A DNA stretch of 64,000 nt from Bugula neritina (lineage: Eukaryota; Animalia; Bryozoa): NCBI GenBank assembly GCA_964035545.1, contig OZ037765.1, positions 14,022,698 through 14,086,697 on the forward strand. The letters run 5' to 3'. The position numbers were made by a program, and so were the translations under genes. Shown here piece by piece: positions 14,119 to 25,744 of this stretch. The notes under the pieces were generated by a model, which was not told the origin of the DNA, ran no database searches, and worked only from the letters and a program-made list of their open reading frames with translations. The first letter of the stretch is position 1. Each line of letters opens with the position of its first letter.

Positions 14119-14632
14119 ACTTGTGTACAGCAGCTGTTTCAGGATTTGTCCCCTTATCAGCATAGAACAGAGCACCATGGCCCACACCTTCCCAATTAAA
14201 TAGTAGAAACTTGTGTTTTCACTAAAGCATATTTAAAAGGTGTGTAAACTCAAGCCAGAGAGCTCAAGTGACTCTAGGGGTCACCTAGGAGTCACAAGCC
14301 TTGCTAAGTGCTAGCAGCTTGAGTTTGTGACAATAGTAAGAGTGCTCAATCACTGAATGCCATTGCTGAGCATTAAGTGAGAGCATAATATATAGGCTAT
14401 ATTTAGCCTATATATCTGTGTTGGCTAACATAACTATAGTTTCTATAACACACACTTGAGTTTTTATAAAGACATGATTTGGTTTTGTTTGATTTATTTC
14501 TTAAGACATATCATAGGTGATACATGAACAAAATATTAAATTAAAATATGCAATCTGTGAAAATAAAGAATATATCAATTGTTAGTATTTAGTGAAGACA
14601 GTTCTCCGATCAAGGGTCATCTTAAACTTTTT

Positions 14633-15068
14633 TTAATCGTTCATCCTGCAACCACAACGTCCTAAAAATAGTTGGCCACTGGTGTACCCTCTACTCAAAC
14701 AATTGTCTTTGCACACAGATGGTTTTGTAGTCCATATAGAGGTACCCGAACCTATAGAATATTTTACTGAACTTTTAGCAACATCTTTACAAACATGATT
14801 TTACTGTTTTTTGAGGAGTATTGCAAGAAACGCTAATAATATTAAAATCCTTCTAAATGAATCCCTTGTTACACATACACACAGTTGAAACTTAAGATTT
14901 GAAGCCTGTATTTGTATTGACTGCATTATAGTCAACAGTTAGGACAAAACCTGTAAAATATCTCAATAAGAACTACTCTTCATTGTTGAGAAAATATAGA
15001 TCAGTTTTACACTTACCTATTGAAATGAAGAGAATAATGGCAGATACCAGCAAAGCTGTAAGCTTCAT
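14633..15068 (-). CDS. Secreted defensin-like (CS-alpha-beta type) peptide, 56 aa precursor
   Basis: Exon 15017-15068 (MKLTALLVSAIILFISI, phase 1, GTAAGT donor) joined to exon 14633-14751 gives MKLTALLVSAIILFISIGSGTSIWTTKPSVCKDNCLSRGYTSGQLFLGRCGCRMND*. It has a hydrophobic leader and a CxxxC..GY.G..CxC pattern. Supporting signals: 5'UTR donor at ~15350, TATATAA at 15431-15437, CCAAT at 15476-15480 and AATAAA at 14493-14498. Confidence 0.7.
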
Positions 15069-15563
15069 ATTGGATCTGTGCTCTACAAACAATAACTAGA
15101 TTATAATTTCTTTTGATAATCTGTTGAAATAAGTTGCAAACATATACAAACGAATTTTTGTCACTTATTTGTGAGTCATATTTTTTGATATAGTAATTTT
15201 CTATTTTAAAACTCATTTTCTGTAACTACAAATATATTTATTTTACCAAGTTGAGATTATCAAAAACCAATTTCAGTCTTTACTTAGGTATATAACAATG
15301 TTAATGAATATAACTATTTTTCCCAAATGAGAATAGATCTAGCATCTTACCTGACTTGTGTTTAATATTAGTGAAAAGTATGCTGTTGTAAAGAGGATGC
15401 GCATAATGATATTATAAATATCACATCTGCTTATATACTTCTTAGATACGGATTATTATGTGCAGCTTTCATTTGATTGGTTAACAGCTCGATCAACTTT
15501 AAGGAATACTGAAAGAAACAAGTAGCAAGTAGGATGTGGTTAGGATGCATAGTGTTATAATGG

Positions 15564-15975
<412 letters not shown>

Positions 15976-17798
15976 ATAACACAAAGTAATATATAAATAA
16001 GCTTCATATGAATGGCAAAGTAAAAAGCTTTTCTTCTTTCAATAACTTGTATTTATATTAAATAATTAGGATTTAAATTTAAAATTAGATTTAAATATAT
16101 ACATTGTGGCTGAGTGAAACATATTGATTGTAGCCTTGTTTTGTAGAACTGGCTTGATGCTTGTTACAGTACTATGGAGTTTTCCATTTTCATTTACTAT
16201 CTATCATGTTTATGTGATATTTTTCGCAATGTGTAAATAGTTTCATTCTATCTGCAATGTTTTAATCATGTTATATGAGGACAACAAAGAAGGGACTATT
16301 AAAACACATCATTTGCCTATTTTCTAAATATACAACAATGGAGTCATACCAGGTGTATCTGTATTGTATTCCCATAAGTTGTAATGACTGGATTGTAATG
16401 AGGACAAGTTTTATTCCTTTTTTGTGAAATTTGTTTTTGAAAACTGGAAACTGCCAACCGGTAATTTATCACCTTACAACAAATATTTTTATGCTACAGA
16501 TCTGCACTTGTAATCGTCAATATTGATGTAAGCTACAAAATGCTCCAATTAAAATATAAACCAATTTGGTTAAAAAATCATAGAGAAATATTTTATTTAC
16601 TCGAATCGAAGGTTGCTGAATAAGTGCAAAGGACTCAAGTTATACAACTGGGTAATTAATGAATTTTAGACAAAATCATACAAGTTAACTATAAGAACAT
16701 ATGTTTTTTACATAACATTTTTGTCACTTGACTGAGCCTATAAAATAATTCCTATCTTGTGTATTTATGTATAACAGATATTTCATGACATCTAGTTCAT
16801 TTGATTGATATAATTAGGATAATAATTCATATGTTCAAACCAGTGTTCATCTTGTGAAATGCTTGAATTCTTTACATTCCCTTTGTTCCCAGTGCTTTAA
16901 ATCATTTCTCATGGCTTGCATTAACTAATGGTTGTGGGCTGGTGGCTTCACTAGATGCAACTGCTTCCAAACATTGCATGATGTGCATTTGCATGTGAAG
17001 TAATGAAAACAGAGTGATGAGATATTCTGTACAGTACATGAAATCTTAACAAGACTTTATAACATTGGACTGTTTTGGGATTTTGTTGCTAGCTTTCCTG
17101 TTATACCTGCAAATCCACAGCCTATTAAAATAGCTTAGTCAGCTTTTATTGAAGATAAAAAAATAGTTTATACATTCTGGTATTAACTGCTTCTGGGTAC
17201 AGAAAACTGATTGAAGTTTTTTTTCTGAACCAACTTGATTTTTGTTAAAACGTGTAACTTTTTTATTAATAGACTTTTACATCATTCGAATTTTATTTAA
17301 TAGTTTTTAAAATTGGAATTTTTTTCTCTATTGATATAACTAACTCTACGATATCTGCATTCCTTTATTAATGCCAAGGTAGAACATTGTCAACTATCTA
17401 TATGATATACAAAGAGATTGACAACACATCATTTCCAAACTATAGAATCATATACTAGCATTATCTTTATTAAAATCCTATCAGTTGTGATGAAATGACT
17501 ATAGCTTGGAAAAAGTTTGATTACAACAGTATTTTTAGTTACATAATAGATCCCAGCAAAGTGAGATTTAATTCGGAAAAATGTAGTGACTGACCACCAA
17601 CCAGAGCCAGGGTGTTGCAATTGCTTAATTTGCATAATATAATATTGTAGATTCTATGCTTAATAAACTTGGGGAAGGAGCAATACTCCGAAGGCTCATT
17701 ACTTCGAAGGTCTTAGAAAGTTCAGTGTCAATTTCACTGTCAGAACCTTTCATATATTATTAATTAAAGCTTATTTTCAAAATTGATATGTATTTATT

Positions 17799-18363
17799 GG
17801 CGTCCGGTAAAATGGCACGAGTGGCAAAGTAGGTAAAAATGGCGCATTTCAATATTAAAGTTTGGGTTGGATGTTTAGAATGGGGGGTTTGGGTTTGAGG
17901 ATGGAAGCTTGGGTGTGGTGGCTCGTGGAGCTACCATCGTAATAACGGAGAAATGTTAATCCCCCTTTGCGTGCAGCACGGGGTCACTGAGTATGACCCG
18001 GGACAGCAACCCACCAATAAGAATCATTGACAGTTTTTAGTAGTTGTAACTTCCCGCGTGATAGTTAGTTAGGACTAGTCTAGTGAACTGTATAGACTGT
18101 ATTGAATAGCTGTATGTATTCTGATAAATGTAGTTTTTGTTTGGTGTATCATTGTGTAAAATATATTATAATTAACTCGAATCTCACTGGTGAAGTTGAT
18201 CTAGCATACTGAACAGAGAGTCACTTGATTGCACACTAACCCACAGTATAAAAATACAACATGGGTTTGGGGAGACTCAACACCAGTTTGCCATTTTTAC
18301 CTACTTTTCATTTGTGCCATTTTTACCTGTGCCATTTTTACCTGTGCTATTTTTACCTAAAAT
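17799..18363. mobile_element. Non-autonomous DNA transposon (Mutator/foldback-like) with subterminal GGTAAAAATGGC repeats
   Basis: Two motif copies at the left end and four inverted copies (GCCATTTTTACC) at the right end. Flanked by a direct repeat TGTATTTATT (17789-17798 and 18364-18373), consistent with a 9-10 bp TSD. Confidence 0.7.
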
Positions 18364-18876
18364 TGTATTTATTTTATGAAAGAAAAAGATTCAGGAGGAT
18401 AACTTGATTTGCTCAGGAAAGTAAGCATTTTTTGTGCATTGAACAGAACACAGTATGGTTTGATAATTTGGTTCAATGTTTGATGCCGATATGTAAACGA
18501 TATCGGGCAGATAGGAGTCTGCTAGCCTCAATCTGAATTTGCTTTTGGCATACCCCATTCGAAAGAATAACTGTTCACATCAATATGTGCTAGCAGTCGT
18601 GATTCATATAGTAATTAAACTTGGGAATTCAAAAGCAAGATTCAGGAAGGATTGAAACTGAACTAAATTTTATTTTTACTATAAAAAGTCAAAAGTTGAG
18701 CATGGTTGAACTAAATTAACATTTGCAAAGACCATTTTTTTGGCACATTTGATTTCATATTGCTGCCAAAACATCCAATTGCAGCAAAAACTTTGAGTCA
18801 GTTATCATGCCGAATCTCTGTTAACAAGTTATGACTCATAACTTATGAGTCATTAAAATGACCTTCTGCGCAATAA

Positions 18877-19221
18877 GCCTAGGGCCACACGGTGCGTATT
18901 TTCACATGTGAAAATTGAAACCACAAGTAGCAAAGGTGTCCACTGTAGCGTCAGTGATGCGTGATAAATAAAGCTTTCATTTTTTAAATCGCACTCACTT
19001 TCAATAAAACGCAATTTACCGGAATTTAGCACTAAAATAAGGAAAGTGGGCTCGCTGAATAACTACCAGCGAATTAGGTGGCGACGACAGAGACGATTCG
19101 CACTTGTGTTGAGAATGCTGAGCGACAAGTGCGAAGGTTTTCTCAACGCGTACAGTGGACACCTTTGATACTTGTGATTTCAATTTTCGCATGCGAAAAT
19201 ACGCACAGTGTGGCCCTAGGC
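18877..19221. mobile_element. PIF/Harbinger-type MITE, 345 bp
   Basis: ~80-bp TIRs GCCTAGGGCCACAC...GTGTGGCCCTAGGC with TAA on both sides. Confidence 0.85.
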
Positions 19222-19309
19222 TAAGCTGAGAATACTGTTCTTGCGGGAAAAGCTCAATGTTGGCTACTTTGAGTTTGGGGTTGAGGTTTAAGGGTTGGGA
19301 GTTTGGGTT

Positions 19310-19510
19310 TGGTTGGCTACTTGATGAGGATAATCACATTCTATGTCTTTGAATGCTTGACTGAGCACCACAGCCTGGTAGATAGGACCATCAAATCCTG
19401 GAATCTCTTCGCTGTCTGCAACTTTGCCAATAAACATTCCAGCTGACTTAAACTGAGCTCCAACCTTCACATAGACTAAACTTCCACAATCTCCCCCAAC
19501 TAGACTCCTA
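19310..19510 (-). pseudogene. Isolated fragment of a chymotrypsin-fold protease C-terminus with a GDCGS motif
   Basis: GGDCGSLVYV..AGMFIG resembles the nucleophile loop and following strand of PA-clan proteases. No upstream His/Asp region was found. Confidence 0.4.
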
Positions 19511-21012
19511 ATACACAGCAAATCGTGAAAACATGTAATGTCACATTTTATTAATTAATGAAAAATGCTTTAGTATCTTTTGAATTAAAAGGATCTTATA
19601 CTCTTTTTGGCTACCAAATGTCATGACTGGTTATCCAAACACAAAAGTCTTGTGTCCAGTTTTTGACCATTTCTATAAAACTGTCTGAAAACAACTCTTC
19701 CTAGATAGTATTTTCGTAACTCTTTTAAAAGTATTACGAATAAACAAATAAGTGTTTTATTAGTGTTATAATAATTCTGTGTTAAATTTATATATTTTAT
19801 ATTGTACGAATAAACGCATGGCTTCTGCTTTTTTTAACATGTAACTAACTAAATGAGGCTATCCATTTTTACCGCAGCTGAAGCACAATAGTTTGCAGTT
19901 CATATACTCTGCATAAAACACTAGGTGAAATACACTACTCAGTGTTATAATAGCTAAAAGTCTAAAAAGTCTAAATGAAACTCATCCTTCATTATAGCTA
20001 TTGTCCCAACCACAGCAAACTAACAATGAAGGAAGCTCTTTATACAAAGTTTCTTGTCACGTTCTTTACAGATCATATTAAATTACCTGCAAACAACTTT
20101 ATGGTGAGTAAAGGATTATAATATCTTATCTGGTGAGAAATGCTTACAGCAGATTGCCAACAGCTAATATTGGAAGTTCAACTGAACGGGGCTTTTACCT
20201 ATTATACTTGTTCTTATTTCCTTTTATATCTCATTGTTTCTAGTGATATATAACACTGTCATAGCATATTTATTTTCCACTTCACTCACTTCACCTGCGG
20301 TTAATCCAAACAATACTTTAATTTTTCATTAGTAATATTAAAGAAACATTTTATCAGCATAATAATGTATTATGTATTTTGTTAAATAATTCATATAACT
20401 GATTGCTTTATAATTATTCATATACAACTATGATTCTAACAGACGATTCCAACTTATTCACCCATCTTATGCACAATAAGAATAATTTTTATATTAGACC
20501 AGATACACTGAAAATATGGTTGTTTTACTTCAGTAAAAAATCAAGTATAGTTTTTATAGTTCGAGCGGCCAATGTTAATGTTAAAACTCTAAATTCAGTA
20601 TTAAATCACTATTAACCTCTAAAGAATCCCTTAATTCTGAGTCGCGTTGGCCAATAAAATGCAGCGAGGAATGAAAAAAGTGCAGGAAAAATGATGAGAA
20701 GCGTGATGTAAACTGTATAAGCTACTTATGATTTATATTTATTCTATTAATACATTCATAAGTAAGATTTAATTGTACATGATGTAACAAAACAAGCATA
20801 TTCTGCTGAACATAATTTATACATGTAACACTGTTGATATAATTATTACATCAGCTTTTTAAACAAATAACTTCAATAATACACATACCATAATAACATT
20901 ATATAAGTTTATTCTGTACAACATGTTTAGATGATCCTGATTTATAATGCAAACTGAACAAATAATATTTAGCAGCTAATTAATAGAAATCTGTTCTCAG
21001 ATTTATTGTTTT

Positions 21013-22917
21013 TTAGTTTTCTGCTGGTCTGAAACAGACTGTGAATAAGCTTCTAATATTTGTAACTTTCTCAATGATAGCTTTTCTTATTCTTTTCCTC
21101 AAACAATGTGTAGTTATATCTTCTACTTGTGGATAATCAACTGTTATGATCTTCTCTTTTACTAAACTGAATGTTTGAGTAATCAATGCCTTGCTCTCAT
21201 TATCTAAAGAAATTAGCAAGTTATGTATGCAAATGAAATATAATTTATAAGAGACAGTTATATAGTGACATAAGTATTTTTACATAATAAAATATGGTAT
21301 CTGTATTATACTAACATTGTAATTATTAAATTTGGATTGGATTGAGATATGAAGTTATACCTCTAAAATTGTCAAAAATTTTTGGTATGTATGTGATATC
21401 TTTTAGAAAGATTCTAAATAATTTTGCAGCCTGTTGCCTTTAAGTTGATGGGATAACACAGGACATTGGGAATTGGGAATTGAATTAATCCATTCAACTA
21501 TGCTCATAATTCAACCAAGATAAATTTGACTAAAGATTTCTACAACATACAAGACATTGATAATTTACAAAAGCTACTTACCAACTTTGTAGCCAATTTC
21601 CGATGCAGCTTTTAAGTTGATGACATTATTGTTGTTATTAATTCCAGTATTGTAACTGGTTGATGAGACAGACAGAATCTCTGTAAAATGGACATGGCTA
21701 TTAATTTGTGATGATAATCCATAATGTTTTTATTACTGCTGAAATTTATATAATACACATGTAATGCCTTGACTATTTAATGGATATGACATACCATGGT
21801 GTGTGGTTGGTTCTGGCACATTAGAGAGATCTGGAACCTGACTTTTAAAGTCAGTTAGGTTAGCAATGTCACAGTTATTATTCTTATCACCTGCATGAAA
21901 ACATACACATGCATGAATACCCTGGTAATTATGTAATATATTCAATGTCACTTAAACTATTGTGAAACAATATTTATATATTATAAATGCTTCAATATTT
22001 TTACTGTTTGATTCAACCAGATTATATATAAAAAATTATCAAACAGTTATTTTCTTATTTTACTCACCAATGCTGCTATAAGTTGTCTCCTCTGCTACAA
22101 TTGTTATGTCTGACTCTGAATCAAAGTCTCTCAAATCTCCCACATCTACAACAGATTTTATAGTTTTAAATTATGAATTATGAACACTGTTAATAATTCT
22201 TGTAGCAACTGTCAAAGCAAAGGTGACCTTCAAACTGTTATTTGAATCGCTGCATGTTATCATTGAAGTTGTATTCTCAATAGGAACTGCCAGGAAAACT
22301 AAAGTAACAAGTTATTTCTGGTGTAATGTATGCTTTAATAAGAATGTGACTAATATTCTGTAACTTACCATCAACAGCAACGTAGTTGATACCATCTGCT
22401 ATTATGGTCATGTCATCATCATGTTGTGTGTCAAAACTCAGATCTTCATATTGACTCTCTCTGTAAGAATAAACATGCAAAATTATTATGTAGAACTATT
22501 ATTATGTAACACCGCAATATTAATTTAGTAAATAAGATAATAATTATGTAAGTTTTAGTAATGCTATTATGTATAGATATTTGATAACAGGATGTATCAA
22601 TAAATGATATCATTGAGACTGACATTATGTCATGCAGGAAGCTTTCTCTAACATACTAATAAATTTAAATGTTTTTATTATAGTGAATAAAGAAAACATT
22701 GATGCTAGTAATTTGAGACACTTATATTTAATTTGAACTTACAGACTGTAGAGCTATTATACTCTCTACTCTGTGGATTATTACTATTACTATTACTAGA
22801 TGGAGATGTATTAATATACTGGAAATGTATAACTTACAGAAATATTGACAGAATCTCACTATCTGTTGATGTTGAAGGGAGTGCAGAGCTGGAAGCATGA
22901 CAATAAGATTCCATCAT
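21013..22917 (-). CDS. Orphan gene copy B, intact, 211 aa (acidic N-terminus, basic amphipathic C-terminus)
   Basis: Exons 22838-22917, 22369-22460, 22068-22145, 21795-21890, 21582-21680 and 21013-21203, all GT-AG, sum to a 636-nt open frame MMESYCHASS...LFTVCFRPAEN*. Exons are better conserved than introns across the three copies. Confidence 0.85.
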
Positions 22918-25537
22918 CACAAGTAAATATTAAATTTAGTGAATATATTTTACAGTTTCTGATATGAAGTTTGCAGTAACAGCTTTCTCGATCGCAAGTT
23001 GAAACAACAATGGCAGAGGACATTGCGTTAAAAGTTGATTGTTGAATGTTATGTAGAAATTTAAATAATTTAGCGAACTCTATGGTTTGTACTGGAGTTA
23101 TCCCACTTGATTAATAATTTGGTGCTGCCAGAGTCAAATTCCTTGAGTTCACTTGAATATCAACGTGAAATTGTCTGTCAGTTTCATACATGTCTGTATA
23201 TTAACACTCCTTCAAAGTTTCAAAGTTTATAGATTGTGAGATGATTGTAGAATGATGATATAAATTATTTTGTACATATTTTTAGGAGACAACACTGAAC
23301 TTACAAGGTGTACCTCTAGTCAAGAACTAGCTCTGAGTCATGCATCATTCTTACTGCAACAAAGGCCAGCTGACTAGCAGGTCAAGTCTCTTACCCACCA
23401 AACTAAACATAATGTACTGATGGCAACTCTACCAGGGAAAGTTACCGTGCACCATTATAAAATTTTTGTCTACACTGACTCACCCTAGAGTAGAAATGGG
23501 CATATCCAACACTTTAATAACTATGACTAAACCTAATCTACAAGTCCTGTGTGACACCATTCATTGTATAGACTACATAATATTTTAGATTGTCAATAAA
23601 TGACTATAGTTATTATTCATCTGCAAGTAACACATCTGTTATTTGCATTTGATTCTACTCTGTCAGATTTCTGTAAAATGAAACAGCTCTAAATTGTTGT
23701 TGCAAGTTTCTTGGAAGTCAATTTTATGAAACTTTTACCTTTTAAACTATGGCTAAATAGAAGATTTAGATGTATGTTGTCTAACCTAAACTGTTTGATT
23801 TTCTAATCGTATAAGAATTAATTTAGACAAACATGCTGCATGTTTGAAAGATACAAATTTTATAGGGTTTAATTATAAAACAAATAAAAAACAAGTTATA
23901 GTATTACTTTGCAAGCCAAGATAAAATATAAAAATAGTTTTACATGGTCAGCATTTACTCAGAAAATACACATTTTAATATTTCAATAGTATTCAGAAGT
24001 ATGTTCTATATTGAGTGTCTATGTATAAAAAAAGCAAGCCCGACATCTTTTTGATAAATGCTTTTGGGACAACTTTGCCTTGATGTTTTGATAAAGTTGA
24101 AAATCTCTGAGAAAAGCTAAATGATTATATTATAGTAACATTGGCTAACCTAGTTGGTTAGCTAAGACTTAGCAGAGTGTCCTCAATTTAGGATCCATCC
24201 AGCAGTTCTGGGCTACAGGCTATGGCCACAATTAACTAGTTCTAACCATGTAATTTAAACAACAGATAAATAAATGAGTAGTGAAATAGACATTGGTGAT
24301 AGTGTAGCATACACATGGTCGACCACTCAACTCTCTTGCAGAGGTAAGATTCAAGCTCTATTTATCACTTGTGTATATAATGTGTTAGACTTGTATACTA
24401 TAGGAATATGAAAGTAGACATGAGGCAAGTCACAAATACTCAACAGTATAATCACACAGAGCATCATCCTTTGTCACCAGTTTGGTTATCTGTTTCCTGG
24501 GTGTGTGTAATATATCTGTCACATGAGTGGTGCAGAAACATCTATTTATGTACATTAAATGGTACACTAACTGTGTTAATCAGTCTATCACTTGCACCTG
24601 AGCTCTGTAGAGTGTAGACTATTTGTCTTTATTTGGAACTCACCTCAGTGATAGGATTTTATGCCACATAACACTTGTAATTATATAGAAAAACTTTAGA
24701 TTTGTTGAATTTAACCAACATAATATTTAGTGGACTCTAATAAAACATTCTAAAATGTTGGAAGATGTTCAAAACAGTTTCAGATGAAATAAAATTAAAT
24801 TAAATAACAGAAAAATAAGATGACAGAAGAGCTGTGTCCACTGATAATTACAATTAGTAATAAAATAATTATATACAATATGTTTAACTGCAACACTTTC
24901 ATACTTGACAATACTAATCTTTTTGTACATTATATAATTAATACAGAATCAGAGTAAATAATTTATAAAGGGCTAAGACAGTAGCTAGCTAGCTCAGGCA
25001 GAACCCTGGTCTCTTTCTATCACGCTGACTAGACTCAGAGCATACCAGGATACAGCTGGTGTACCTAACAACAATTTTAGCAGTAAAAGCATTTTCTTAA
25101 TGATATTCTATATTAGTTGAACAGGTTGTGTCTCGTAATAATAATTGTAAGTTATGCCATGAAGCACTATAATGTTTATCTAGGTAGACAACTCCCAACA
25201 GGTAACAAATGCATCTTTAACTCTCATCTAATATACTTTGTATAGTCTTAATTCAGAAATCATGGGCACAATATTCTTCTATGTGTAATTATATAGTGAT
25301 GCTGAGTAGTAAATATTCATATTAGAAAAAATATGTAAAATAATGGGTCGCATGCAGACTGATTAGTTTAACAAAAGGTATACAAACAGCTTTGAAATAC
25401 TCAAAGACCTATTAGATGTGACTGCCTGAGATTGCAAGATTTTATTAATAACGATATATAATAATATTACTTGGACTCTACTTGTATGCCTAAAATTAGT
25501 GTTTAACAATCGAATGTTAGAGAGTAAGTTAGGCCTT

Positions 25538-25631
25538 TACAGAGCTGTAGTATACTGACTACCTTATTACTCTCTGGGTGTGAAACATGGGTTACATATA
25601 TTATAAACATCACATCAAAAATTGGAGCGAT
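25538..25631 (+). mobile_element. Short RTE-clade LINE fragment
   Basis: Frameshifted YRAVV..TLL.SGCETWVTY..HHIK.LER matches the RTE LLYGCETW motif. Confidence 0.55.
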
Positions 25632-25744
25632 GTTGGAAACATGTTAGTCCTAGAAAACTAAAAATAAAGTATCATTGAGGCGCTGTTACTAAAACATAAA
25701 TGTGTAAACAATAAAATAGCTTCGACTAGACATGTATGCCTATA

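Noticed and set aside
15013-15216. 67-aa MSFKIEN ORF
   Set aside because: It overlaps the signal-peptide exon in another frame and has no recognisable features.
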